Shown here: positions 16,434-27,964 of the stretch, piece by piece | Position numbering within the stretch: position 1 is the stretch's first letter | Layout of the letters: every line of letters starts with the position of its first letter | Assembly (NCBI GenBank): GCA_963842525.1 | Contig: CAWJGT010000006.1 | Span: 96,001-160,000 of the forward strand | Direction of reading: 5' to 3' | Length of the DNA stretch: 64,000 bases | From: an uncultured Holophagales bacterium | Lineage (GTDB): Bacteria; Acidobacteriota; Thermoanaerobaculia; Multivoradales; UBA5704 | The notes under the pieces: generated by a model | The model's input: only the letters and a program-made list of their open reading frames with translations | Told to the model about the DNA's origin: nothing | The model's database searches: none | Made by a program: the position numbers and the translations under genes

Positions 16434-16991
16434 ATGACCGAGCGCACGCGCGGCCATGTAGAGGCGATCTCCGGAGGCATGTTCTCCGGCAAGAGCGAGG
16501 AGCTCGTCCGCCGGTTGCGGCGCGCCACCATCGCCCGCCAGACGGTCCAGGTGTTCAAGCCGGCCGCCGACCATCGCCATGCGCCGGAACGGCTGGTCAC
16601 CCGCGACAACCGCGAGCTGGAGGCGGTCTCGGTGACCTGCAGTTGCGAGCTGCGGCGCAAGCTCCTTCCAGGGGTGCAGGTGGTGGGGATCGACGAGGCG
16701 CAGTTCTTCGACGCCGGCCTGGTCCAGCTCGTCGGCGAGCTGGCCGACTCCGGCGTGCGGGTCATCGTCGCCGGGCTCGACCTCGACTATCTGCGCCGTC
16801 CCTTCGGGCCGATGCCCCTGCTCCTCGCCCTCGCCGAGTACGTGGACAAGATGCACGCCGTCTGCATCCGCTGCGGCGCGCCCGCCCACTACAGCCAGCG
16901 CATCGCCGGCGGCACCGAGCAGCTCCAGGTCGGCGACAACGAAGCCTACGAAGCCCGCTGCCGTCACTGCTACCATCCGTTCGAGGGGTGA
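16434..16991 (+). CDS. tdk: Thymidine kinase
   Basis: GGMFSGKSEEL, IDEAQFF, AGLDLDY..PFGPMP, zinc-binding CxxC and YEARCRHC. Confidence 0.95.
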   Translation: MTERTRGHVEAISGGMFSGKSEELVRRLRRATIARQTVQVFKPAADHRHAPERLVTRDNRELEAVSVTCSCELRRKLLPGVQVVGIDEAQFFDAGLVQLVGELADSGVRVIVAGLDLDYLRRPFGPMPLLLALAEYVDKMHAVCIRCGAPAHYSQRIAGGTEQLQVGDNEAYEARCRHCYHPFEG

Positions 16992-17011
16992 GGCAGGACG
17001 CCACGGCGTCT

Positions 17012-17550
17012 CTACTCCTGAATGTCTACCGTGATTCGCAGGAGAGGCGCCGAACCGTCTGCGAAAAGCTCGCGCCATTGCTGTACGGGAATCCTGAACG
17101 CGGCTTTGGGCGGTTTATAACTCCGGGACCATGCGCCGAGGGTGAGATCGTTCCAGAACTGTTGCCCAACCACTCGGCCATCCTTGCTCACGAGAGCGAC
17201 GGTCAAATCGACATCCTGGAGGGGCCATTCGCTGACCAGCATCGGTGCTGCTTCGACAACTACTTCTGTCGAGGTCTCAGCAACCTTCTTCACCGTCAGC
17301 ATCCGTACGCGAGCCTGATCACAGACAAAAAATCCGTCTCCGGATAGGCTCTTGCCTTGCCGAGCGGCTGCTGATCGAACGACGCCCGGGCCGTCCCTCC
17401 CGCGTCGACATCAGCGCCGAGTGAGACCTCGATCTGCATCGGATCAGGAATCTCTGTCCGCCCGGCACTGCCAGCGGCCGGGCCAGCGGAAACCTGAAAG
17501 AGTGCCAAAAGTACCGATTGCAAGAAAGAACTCAGCCATTTGAATGCCAC
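17012..17550 (-). CDS. Hypothetical secreted protein, probably one gene split by a frameshift near 17300
   Basis: ORF 17296-17550 starts with a signal-like hydrophobic segment and abuts ORF 17012-17302; lower GC. Confidence 0.4.
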
Positions 17551-18278
17551 TCGATCGACTTCAACAGGACGCTTGCCAGCCGGTGGACGGCCTTCCGCAC
17601 CGAAGGATCGGGGTTGGCGAAGTCGTCAGGTGCCGCACTAACGGCACCACCAAGCTGTTCCCATGTTATGTAGGCAACAATCGCATCGACCTGTTCAAGA
17701 AGCTGGTCGGCCGGCGGGAAGCGCTGACCCGTGCGTTGAAGTACCGGCTCAAGATACTTGGCGATGGCATCACGAATAGGAAGGCGCGCGGAACGCTGCA
17801 CGCGAACAGGGGGTGCCTCCGCCAAGACAAGAAGCAGAAGAGGTCTTCGGCCTCGTGCCTCCTGCAGCGTTGTCACGAATTCACGAGCCAACTGCTCCGG
17901 TTGAAAGCAAGCCTTTTTCAGGCGCTTCGCCTCGATGAGACAGTAGACGCGATTGGCTTGGAGAATACCGTCTGGCTGCACGCAGAGCGGCACGCCCTTA
18001 GGAGTCTGCTTGGCTAGATAGATGTCTCCCGGAAGGAAGCTAAACTCGAGATCCTCGATTTGGTCGTGCAGCAGTTCGCGAGTTCCCTGAGCGCCGCCCT
18101 GCAGTGATTTGACTACGCGTCCAAGGAATTCTGCGCGCGGAAGGAAGTTGAGCGCTTGAAAGACCTCAGCGGTGAGGACGTTCTCAAAGCCGCGGCCGCC
18201 TTTGCGGTAGTGCCGCGCGTTCCCCTCCCAAGAGATCTCCTCAAGCAGCCTGCCCAGAACGGTCGGGGAAGTCTTCAT
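17532..18278 (-). CDS. Hypothetical protein with PD-(D/E)xK nuclease-like motif
   Basis: ENVLT...VQPDGIL....CLIEAKR..QL; lower GC than flanks. Confidence 0.6.
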   Translation of the reverse strand: MKTSPTVLGRLLEEISWEGNARHYRKGGRGFENVLTAEVFQALNFLPRAEFLGRVVKSLQGGAQGTRELLHDQIEDLEFSFLPGDIYLAKQTPKGVPLCVQPDGILQANRVYCLIEAKRLKKACFQPEQLAREFVTTLQEARGRRPLLLLVLAEAPPVRVQRSARLPIRDAIAKYLEPVLQRTGQRFPPADQLLEQVDAIVAYITWEQLGGAVSAAPDDFANPDPSVRKAVHRLASVLLKSIEWHSNG

Positions 18279-18429
18279 CTCAGCGAATACCTAAGCTCTC
18301 GCAGTTGTGCCACCGCCGTCTAACGGAATTCGAACCCCCCAGAGGCGTGCCTATGCCTCAGCATCTGCTAGCCACTCTGCTGCCGGCACTCTTTCCCCGG
18401 CTGTTGCAAAAAAGAGCCTCAGAGAGGCT

Positions 18430-18610
18430 CAGGCGTGTAGCCCGGGGTCAGGCGCGACGAAGGAGCGACGACCCCGGGTGAGGAGGCCCATTTTTCTCCA
18501 AGCCCCAGAGGGGCGGCAGCAGATTCGTTTGGGCAACGGGTTTGCTGCCGCCCCTCTGGGGCTTGGGAATATTTTTCGTTTCCAGACCCGGGGTCGCCGC
18601 TCCTTCGTCG
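18430..18610. repeat. REP-like inverted repeat cluster
   Basis: agccccagaggggcggcagca and tgctgccgcccctctggggct are inverted; gcgacgaaggagcgacgaccccggg and cccggggtcgccgctccttcgtcgc are inverted. Confidence 0.75.
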
Positions 18611-19345
18611 CTTGCATTGCGCCAGCGGAGCTTGCAACGCCTTGGCGGAGCTTACGGCGAGCCAACGTAAGCTTACATCGGCATAGCGGAGCTTACATCG
18701 CGCCAGCGGAGCTTACGCTGAGCCGGCGTAAGCTTGCATCGCGCCAGCGGAGCTTGCAACGGCCTAGCGGAGCTTGCAACGAGCCAGCGTAAGCTTACAT
18801 CGGCGTGGCGGAGCTTACATCGAGCCAGCGGAGCTTACGCTGAGCCGATGTAAGCTTGCATTGCGCCAGCGGAGCTTGCAACGGTCTGGCGGAGCTTACG
18901 CTGAGCCAACGTAAGCTTACATCGGCGTGGCGGAGCTTACATCGGGCCAGCGGAGCTTACGCTGAGCCGTCGTAAGCTTACGGCGAGCCGTCGTAAGCTC
19001 CGCTGAGGTAATGCAAGCTCCGCCAAGCCCACGTAAGCTTGCTCTGAGACGCCGCAAGCTCCGCCAGGACGGCCCAAGCTCCGCCAAAACACCAGCAGCT
19101 TGCGACAAGGCGATGTAAGCTCCGCTGAAGCAACCCAGGCTCCGCCAAGACAGCCCAAGCTTGCACGGAGGCGCCACAAGCTCCGCCAAGACGACCCAAG
19201 CTCCGCCAAGACGCCAGAAGCTTGCGACGAAATGGCGCAAGCTCCGCTCAAGCGACCCAAGCTCCGCCAAGACACCCGAGCTTGCCTTGAGCCGAGGCGA
19301 GATCCGCTGAGGCACCGTAAGCTCCTCCAAGACGCCACAAGCTTG
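18609..19345. repeat. Palindromic higher-order tandem array, AGCT cores every 20/20/21 bp
   Basis: About 37 cores. Left arm reads GCGGAGCTT, right arm AAGCTCCGC; the centre is the perfect palindrome CGTAAGCTTACG at 18971-18982. Confidence 0.9.
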
Positions 19346-19348
19346 CCG

Positions 19349-19783
19349 CTAGCCAAGGCAAGGCTCCGCGTCCTCCCGCGGGGCGCCGAGCGGGATCGGC
19401 TGGCCGTTGCGGTCGACGTGGACGTACACGACCTCGGCCTCGGTGACCTTGACCGTGCCGCTGCTCACCCCGTGCGGTCCTCGTTCGGCTTCCACCGTCA
19501 CTTTCACCGTGATCGAGGTCCGGCCCAGCCGTAAGGTCTCGGTATAGAAGCTCACCAGGTCGCCGACGAAGACCGGCGCGTGGAACACCACCTCGCGCAT
19601 GGCCACGGTCACCAGCCGGCCCGGAGCGTGCCGGTGGGCCTCCACCGCTCCGGCCTGGTCGATGTAGGAGAGAATGATGCCGCCGAAGATCGTGCCCAGG
19701 GCGTTCGTGTCCTTGGGCATCAGGATCACCCGGATGGCCGGCTGCACCGGCCCGGTCCCGCGGTCCACTGCCGTCTCGTTCAT
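19349..19783 (-). CDS. Acyl-CoA thioesterase (hotdog fold)
   Basis: [21 protein letters not shown]...VTVA...[11 protein letters not shown]...GRTSI. Confidence 0.9.
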   Translation of the reverse strand: MNETAVDRGTGPVQPAIRVILMPKDTNALGTIFGGIILSYIDQAGAVEAHRHAPGRLVTVAMREVVFHAPVFVGDLVSFYTETLRLGRTSITVKVTVEAERGPHGVSSGTVKVTEAEVVYVHVDRNGQPIPLGAPREDAEPCLG

Positions 19784-19888
19784 GCGCTCCCTCGATCCTT
19801 TCAGGACAGCACGGACCCCGGGTGTGGGCCCGGAGCCTTGCGGCCTCATGTTATCCTAGGCACTTCCGAGCGCGGCCCGTCGACACAC

Positions 19889-20494
19889 ATGCCGGATACG
19901 GACTCGATTTCAGCACGAACCGGCCCTTCGGGCTCTCTGCCCGATGCGGCGTTGCTGCGCCTCGTCAGCGAGGGCCGGACGGAGGCGCTGGCCGCGCTGT
20001 ACGACCGCCACGCGCCCACCCTCCTCGCCCTCGCCCGGCGCATCCTGGGCGACACCGGCGAGGCCGGCGACGTCGTGCAGGAGGTCTTCCTCCACGCCTG
20101 GAACCGCGCCGCCCGGTACGATGCGACACGCTCGTCGGTCTCGACCTGGCTGGTGCTGATCGCCCGCAGCCGCGCCATCGACCGCCTCCGTCATCGCGGC
20201 GTGGTGGAGCGGACCCACGAGGCGGCGCACCACGACCAGCCGGCCGGGCATGCATCCCCCGACGGGGCCGAAGCCGTATTCCTCCGAGAGCGGCGGGAGC
20301 GGGTGCGGCGCGAGCTGGACAATCTGCCGCCCGAACAGAGGCAGGTCCTGGAGATGGCCTTCTACGAGGGCCTCACCCAGACCGAGATCGCCGCCCGGGC
20401 CGACCTGCCCCTGGGCACGGTGAAGACGCGGACCCTGTTGGCGATGAAAAAGCTGCGGAACAGTTTGCGTTCCGAGGTCAGGCAACTGCTGTGA
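19889..20494 (+). CDS. ECF RNA polymerase sigma factor (SigK-like)
   Basis: DVVQEVFLHAW, IARSRAIDRLR, region 4 LPPEQR..GLTQTEIA..LPLGTVKTR. Confidence 0.93.
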   Translation: MPDTDSISARTGPSGSLPDAALLRLVSEGRTEALAALYDRHAPTLLALARRILGDTGEAGDVVQEVFLHAWNRAARYDATRSSVSTWLVLIARSRAIDRLRHRGVVERTHEAAHHDQPAGHASPDGAEAVFLRERRERVRRELDNLPPEQRQVLEMAFYEGLTQTEIAARADLPLGTVKTRTLLAMKKLRNSLRSEVRQLL

Positions 20495-21471
20495 GTCAGG
20501 ACACGCAACCGGAAGACCGGACCATCCTCGCCGCGATCGAGGCCCTCGAACGAGGCGGTGACGCCCTCGAGCCGGGGGCGGACGCCGACGAGACCGCCGA
20601 GACGCTGGCGCGCCTCTATGCCGAGGTGCTCGGCCTGATCGCCTATGAGCTCGATCCCGTGGCTCCGCCGCCCGAGGTCAAGCAGCGCCTGATGGCGGCG
20701 ATCGCTGGCGAGGCGTCGCCCCAGGCGCCCCAGGCCCAGACCGAGCAGGCAGTGCCCCGGCCCGCGCCGGTCCCGACTCCCGCCCGGGAAGCCGCCGCCG
20801 TCCCGCCGCCCGCCCCATCCGTCCGCCCCTCGCAGGAGGTACCGGCTGCGTCTCCGGCCCCACCGACCTCGCGCGTGCCGCTTCGGCCGCCGGCGGTCTC
20901 GCGTCCTCCCAGGCGCTGGCCGGTGCTGTTGGCCGCATCCCTGGCCCTCATCTTCGCCGGGTCGTCCGCTTGGCTCTACGATCAGTGGATCACAGAGCAG
21001 ACGAAGACTACGCAGCTCGGGCAGTTGCTCGAAGAGGAGCGCCGCCGGGGCCTCCAAGGAAACGAGCCGGTCGAAGATCTGCGTGCCCAGCTCGCCAGCC
21101 TGCGCGAGAAGCTCAACATGGTCACCACCCCCGCGGTCGAGGTCAGTCCCCTGCGCCCGGAGGGGCGGCTCCAGCCCCAGGCGCGCGGCCTCCTTTTCGT
21201 CGCCGCCGACCACAAGCACTGGTATCTCAATGTCGAGGGCCTCCAGCCTGCGGACGCGGACAAGGTCTACCAGCTCTGGTGGATGGCGCCCGAGGGACCC
21301 GTGAGCGGCGGCACCTTCATCGCCCGTCCCGGCGAGCGGATCGAGCTGAGCTCCGAGACCATGCCTGCCGGCACCACCGCCGCCGTCGTCACCCTCGAAA
21401 ACGCCGGCGGCGCCCCCGCGCCCACCGGTCCTGCGGTTCTGCGCTCGACAGGGATCCGGCAGCTCTCGTAA
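20491..21471 (+). CDS. Anti-sigma factor with RskA-like C-terminal domain
   Basis: PVAPPPEVKQRLM, a TM segment, VYQLWW and AVVTLENAGGAPAPTGP; translationally coupled to the ECF sigma gene. Confidence 0.85.
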   Translation: MSQDTQPEDRTILAAIEALERGGDALEPGADADETAETLARLYAEVLGLIAYELDPVAPPPEVKQRLMAAIAGEASPQAPQAQTEQAVPRPAPVPTPAREAAAVPPPAPSVRPSQEVPAASPAPPTSRVPLRPPAVSRPPRRWPVLLAASLALIFAGSSAWLYDQWITEQTKTTQLGQLLEEERRRGLQGNEPVEDLRAQLASLREKLNMVTTPAVEVSPLRPEGRLQPQARGLLFVAADHKHWYLNVEGLQPADADKVYQLWWMAPEGPVSGGTFIARPGERIELSSETMPAGTTAAVVTLENAGGAPAPTGPAVLRSTGIRQLS

Positions 21472-21515
21472 GACAGGGCTCCGTCCAGCGCTCGCGGAAC
21501 GGCTCCGCATGCGTT

Positions 21516-21572
21516 CCCCCTCTCCCGGGGATAGGGTGGGTGGGAGATGGGAGAGGGGGACAGGGGGTGAGG
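21516..21572. repeat. Half copy of the CCCCTCTCCC/GGGAGAGGGG element
   Basis: cccctctcccgggg...gggagagggggacagggggtgagg matches 63925-63981. Confidence 0.75.
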
Positions 21573-21611
21573 TCTTTTTCCGGCACACGCTGTGCATTCC
21601 GCATCTTTACG

Positions 21612-23699
<2,088 letters not shown>

Positions 23700-23716
23700 A
23701 ATGGCGCCAGAGGCTC

Positions 23717-23732
23717 TGGCGCGGGCCTTGCT
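23717..23732 (+). promoter_or_regulatory. Putative sigma-54 promoter (-24/-12)
   Basis: TGGCGCG-GGCC-TTGCT fits TGGCACG-N4-TTGC, about 55 bp upstream of the HPF-CSD gene. Confidence 0.5.
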
Positions 23733-23786
23733 ATTTTCCTCCCTGGGGAGGATTTGTCCTCCCGGCACACCGAGAAGGAGGTGCTC

Positions 23787-24323
23787 ATGCAGGTTCCCCT
23801 GGAGATTTCGACCAAGCTGATCGAGCTGTCCCCCGACCTTGAAGCCGACCTGCGGCGGCGTGCGGCCAAGCTGGAGCGCTTCTACGACCGGCTGACGAGC
23901 TGCCGGATCGCCGTCGAACGCGAGAGCTTGCACCACCAGGACGGCGGCCCGTTCCGGGTCCGCATCGATATCACGGTCCCCGGCACCGAGCTGGTCGCCA
24001 AGAAGCAGTCGGAAGACCTGAACGTAGCGATCCGCGACGCCTTCCAGGCCGCCGAGCGCCAGGTCGAAGAGTTTTCCCAGCGCCGGCGCGGCGAGGTCAA
24101 GACCCCGGTGCTCCCGCCGGAGGGCAACGTCGTCAGGATCTTCTCCGAGGACGGGTTCGGCTTCATCACCGCCGAGGACGGCCGCGAGGTCTACTTCCAC
24201 CGCAACGCCGTGCTCGACGACTTCGAGGCTCTGGAGGTCGGCTCGCGCGTCCGGTTCGCGGAGGAGCAGGGGATCGAGGGGCCTCAAGCGAGCACGGTCA
24301 GCCTCGTCGGAAAGGGGGACTGA
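23787..24323 (+). CDS. HPF/RaiA ribosome-associated protein fused to a cold-shock domain
   Basis: KLERFYDRLTSCRIAVE..VPGTELV..AIRDAF; CSD GFGFITAEDGREVYFHRNAV; RBS AAGGAGG. Confidence 0.9.
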   Translation: MQVPLEISTKLIELSPDLEADLRRRAAKLERFYDRLTSCRIAVERESLHHQDGGPFRVRIDITVPGTELVAKKQSEDLNVAIRDAFQAAERQVEEFSQRRRGEVKTPVLPPEGNVVRIFSEDGFGFITAEDGREVYFHRNAVLDDFEALEVGSRVRFAEEQGIEGPQASTVSLVGKGD

Positions 24324-24568
24324 GCCCGACCGCAGGCTCGACAGACCGTTTCTGAGGCGGAGCCTTCCTGAGGTCCCGGACCGGCTTGGAGGCCGGCCGG
24401 GCTTTTCGTTTTTCCGAGGAGATTTGGGATCAGCCGTGTAAAAAAGAATCAGGGAGGAGATGGGCCGTGGCGTGCTCGGAGCGCCTCCTGGATGTAACGG
24501 CCCACCTTCTCCCTCTGCACCCACCCTCTCTCCCGCCTGGAAAAGAAAGCAAATTTCTTGCCAGTTCT

Positions 24569-25909
24569 TCAGCAGCCGGCGCCGCAGCGCCGGAGGACGG
24601 TCGAGACCTCCTCGACAAGCCCGAGCGTGAGCTGTTCCATCTCGGCCGCCTTCTGGAAGACGATGAGGGCCGCGAGCGCCTCCTGCGGGACCTCGCAGGA
24701 CCGGAAGATGGGCAGGATCTCTCCGGCGAGCCGCTTCACGTCGGCGGTGCGGCCCGTCCGGGCGTAGAGCGCCGCGAGATCGAGCGACGCCAGGGCGACG
24801 TCGAAGGCGATGTGGTCCGTGGTGAAAGCCTCTTTGACATACAGGAAGATCTCCTCGGCTTCGGCGGTCTGCCCGAGCGCGGCGGCGATCCGCCCCTCGA
24901 GCCAGCGCAGGCGGAGCAGGTCGTGCGGCGTGCCGGCCTGTTCCAGACGGCGCCACGCCTCCGGGATGAGTGCGGCGGCTTCGTGCACCTCGCCGCTGTC
25001 GAAGAGGCAGCTCAGGAGGTTGAAGTGGCTGGCGACCACGGCCCGTGGTTCTTCGCGGCCGTCGAGCAGGTCGAGGCCCAGGCGATAGCAATCTGCGCCC
25101 GCGTGGAGATCGCCCTTGTACTGCAGCGCCAGGCCCTTGGCCACCACGGCCAGTCCCTGCAGGTGAAGCTCTCCGACCTCCCGAAGGAGGGCGATCGCCT
25201 CGTCGAAGAGCTGGACCGATTCGTCGAAGCGGCGCTGGCCGCGGCGCAGGGACCCCTTGAGCTCCAGGATCAGGGCCTCGTCCAGCGGGTCGAGCCAACT
25301 GTTGGCGAAGTACATCCCGGCCCTGCGGAAGGCCTGTTCGGCCTGGCGGAAGTCCGCGAGGACGCGCAGGCAGTTGCCGAGCCACGCCCAGGCCCTCGTC
25401 TGAATCGCCTCGACCGCGCCCGGGCCGTAGAGGTCCGGATCGAGGTCCTCGGCGATCTCCAGGGCCAGGCGCAGCTCCTCTTCCGCCCTGCGGGGCTCCA
25501 CCAGCACCGTCCACCGGGCCTCGTCGACGAGGAGCTCGCACAGGCCCCGGGTCCGGTAGCGGCGGTCGCCGGCGATCCGGTGGCGGACCTCTGCGAATCC
25601 CTCGCCCCTCAGCTCGTGCCAGAGCTCTTGCGCCGTGCCCCGTTCGCGCTGGATCGACGCCCTCCGCTCGGCCGCCGCCGGGCACATCTCCGCGAGAGCC
25701 CCCTGGAGGAGGCCCCGGTACCCACTCTCGGCCTCGGCCATGGCTCGAAAGCTCACCGGACCCTCCCGGGACGAGAGGAGCCGGAGCAGCCGCTCCTCGC
25801 AGGGGCGGCAGGTGACCAGATGACGCTGGAGAGCCCAGCTCCCTTCCTGCGGGAGGCGGTCGTTCAGGAACTTCTCGAGCGTTGCGCTGTCAGGGTGCCA
25901 GTCGCTCAT
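24569..25909 (-). CDS. TPR-repeat protein with N-terminal zf-HC2-like (HxxxCxxC) motif
   Basis: WHPDSATLEKFL...HLVTCRPC followed by TPR-like helices (AWAWLGNCLRV, LKGSLRRGQRRFDES, WLEGRIAAALG). Confidence 0.75.
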   Translation of the reverse strand: MSDWHPDSATLEKFLNDRLPQEGSWALQRHLVTCRPCEERLLRLLSSREGPVSFRAMAEAESGYRGLLQGALAEMCPAAAERRASIQRERGTAQELWHELRGEGFAEVRHRIAGDRRYRTRGLCELLVDEARWTVLVEPRRAEEELRLALEIAEDLDPDLYGPGAVEAIQTRAWAWLGNCLRVLADFRQAEQAFRRAGMYFANSWLDPLDEALILELKGSLRRGQRRFDESVQLFDEAIALLREVGELHLQGLAVVAKGLALQYKGDLHAGADCYRLGLDLLDGREEPRAVVASHFNLLSCLFDSGEVHEAAALIPEAWRRLEQAGTPHDLLRLRWLEGRIAAALGQTAEAEEIFLYVKEAFTTDHIAFDVALASLDLAALYARTGRTADVKRLAGEILPIFRSCEVPQEALAALIVFQKAAEMEQLTLGLVEEVSTVLRRCGAGC

Positions 25910-25982
25910 GAAAAAGCCCTCCTGCGGGCAGACATCTTCACTTCTTCACTTCAGCGTAAATCTTACCTACGGATGCCGTCCC

Positions 25983-26282
25983 TCACGGCGTTCCGGGTGG
26001 TCTGGGCGGCCTCCCGAACGGATCGATCCCGACCCCTTCCCAGCCGCCGGGACTCGTGGGGTCGTGATGGACGGGCCCGGCGTTGTCCATCTGGAAGACA
26101 CCCAGCAGATCGGCGATCGGCTGGGCGAGCTTGCGGATGACGAGCTCGAGCTGCTGGATGCCGATCGAATCCCCTTCCCGGAGGCTCCGTCCTGCCGGAG
26201 CGGCCTCCGCCGCGGGCAGGAAGAGCAGTCCGAGAGCGAGCACCAGACCGGCCACGAGACGAACCAGAGTGCTGCGTGACAT
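25983..26282 (-). CDS. Small secreted peptide or precursor (99 aa) with GxGIDPxG motif
   Basis: RBS AAGGGAG; signal peptide MSRSTLVRLVAGLVLALGLLFLPAAEA; C-terminal WEGVGIDPFGRP. Confidence 0.7.
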   Translation of the reverse strand: MSRSTLVRLVAGLVLALGLLFLPAAEAAPAGRSLREGDSIGIQQLELVIRKLAQPIADLLGVFQMDNAGPVHHDPTSPGGWEGVGIDPFGRPPRPPGTP

Positions 26283-26549
26283 CGGTTCTCCCTTCGTGAC
26301 GGCGCAATCAGCAACCACTACGGCCGCTGCGGCCGTCACTTGCAGTTGCCCCGGTCCCTGGGAGCCGGCTCTCGAACGTAGACCAGAGATACTGACTCGA
26401 CTATACATCTATCCAGCCGGTAAGAGAAGCGGGTGCTTGCCCCGCGCGCTTGCCCCGGTTCCCGGTCTTGCGCTCGTGGAACAGAGATGATGAGATAGTT
26501 GGTCACAAATATGGCCCGCAGGAGGGGCTGCCCCGAAAGGAGGCGTACG

Positions 26550-27413
26550 GTGAGTGAAATCGAGAGTCGCGGCTACGTTCACCCCGATGTCCTGGTCTCC
26601 ACGGATTGGGTGGCGCAGCATCTGGACGATCCCGGCGTGCGGATCGTGGAGTCGAACGAGGACCCGCTCCTCTATTCGACCGGGCACATTCCCGGTGCGG
26701 TGGAGGTGGATTGGACCCGGGATCTGAACGATCCGGTGCGGCGCGACTACCTGGGCCGGGACGGGTTCGAGCGCCTGATGCGGCGGATCGGGGTGACGCC
26801 GGATACCACCATCGTCCTCTACGGCGACCGCAACAACTGGTGGGCCACCTACGCCTACTGGGTGTTCCAGCTCTTCGGGCACGGCAAGGCCAAGATCATG
26901 GACGGCGGCCGGATCAAGTGGGTCAAGGAGGAGCGGCCCCTGACGCGTGACGTGCCGGGCTACGCCGAGACCGGCTACCAGACCGCCGAGCGGGACGACG
27001 AGCGGATCCGGGCCTTCCGCGACCAGGTGCTGCACCACGTGGAGGGACAGGGGCGGATGATCGACGTGCGCAGCCCCCAGGAGTATTCGGGCGAACGGCT
27101 GCACATGCCGGAGTATCCGAACGAGGGCGCCCTGCGCGGCGGCCACATCCCCGGCGCGGCCAACGTCCCCTGGGCGCGGGCGATCAACGCCGAGGACGGC
27201 ACCTTCAAGACCGCCGACGAGCTGCGCTCGATCTACGAGGGAGAGGCGAAGCTCCAGAAGGACGACGACGTCATCGTCTACTGCCGCATCGGCGAGCGGA
27301 GCAGCCACACCTGGTTCGTGCTCACCCACCTGCTGGGCTACCGCCAAGTCCGCAACTATGATGGGAGCTGGACGGAGTGGGGCAACCTGGTGGGAGTCCC
27401 CATCGAACGCTGA
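26550..27413 (+). CDS. Thiosulfate/3-mercaptopyruvate sulfurtransferase (tandem rhodanese)
   Basis: GHIPGA twice, active site [20 protein letters not shown]. Confidence 0.95.
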   Translation: MSEIESRGYVHPDVLVSTDWVAQHLDDPGVRIVESNEDPLLYSTGHIPGAVEVDWTRDLNDPVRRDYLGRDGFERLMRRIGVTPDTTIVLYGDRNNWWATYAYWVFQLFGHGKAKIMDGGRIKWVKEERPLTRDVPGYAETGYQTAERDDERIRAFRDQVLHHVEGQGRMIDVRSPQEYSGERLHMPEYPNEGALRGGHIPGAANVPWARAINAEDGTFKTADELRSIYEGEAKLQKDDDVIVYCRIGERSSHTWFVLTHLLGYRQVRNYDGSWTEWGNLVGVPIER

Positions 27414-27424
27414 GGCCGCAGCAC

Positions 27425-27865
27425 ATGCCCGAAATGCCCGAGAAGCTGGCCCGCACCGTGGAGACCCTGGGGCTCGTCTCCGACCGGGCGGATCGCATCC
27501 AGCTCCTGATCGACATCGCCGACCGTTTCCGGGAGGTGCCGCCGCGCATCGCGCAGCGGCCCTTCCCGGAGGAAAGCCGGGTGCCGGCCTGCGAGTCCGA
27601 GGCCTACGTCTGGGCGGAGCCGCGGCCCGACGGCACCCTGGACTTCCACTTCGCGGTCGAGAACCCGCAGGGCGTCTCCGCGAAGTCGATGGCGGTCATC
27701 CTGGGGGACAGCCTCTCGGGAGCGCCGCTCGAGCAGGTCGCCGCGGTCCCCCAGGACGTCGTCTACAAGGTGTTCGGCAACGAGCTCTCCATGGGGAAGT
27801 CGATGGGCCTGATGGGCATGGTCTCGATGATCACCAACCTGGCCAAGAAACGCCTCACCGCCTAG
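27425..27865 (+). CDS. SufE-family sulfur acceptor protein
   Basis: RIQLLIDIADRF..RVPACESEAYVW; directly follows the rhodanese. Confidence 0.85.
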   Translation: MPEMPEKLARTVETLGLVSDRADRIQLLIDIADRFREVPPRIAQRPFPEESRVPACESEAYVWAEPRPDGTLDFHFAVENPQGVSAKSMAVILGDSLSGAPLEQVAAVPQDVVYKVFGNELSMGKSMGLMGMVSMITNLAKKRLTA

Positions 27866-27964
27866 TCGCCTCTCCCCATCGCCCCCTCTGCCCCCGGGAG
27901 AGGGAGGACGCTTTGCTCCGCAAAGTACTTGACGTCCGGTCTCTTGCGGGCGTACAGTCCTCTC

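Noticed and set aside
18609-19345. CRISPR array or repeat-protein ORFs (18917-19330, 18937-19356)
   Set aside because: There is no constant 23-47 bp repeat with unique spacers and no cas genes; orientation flips midway; the 61-bp period cycles through reading frames.
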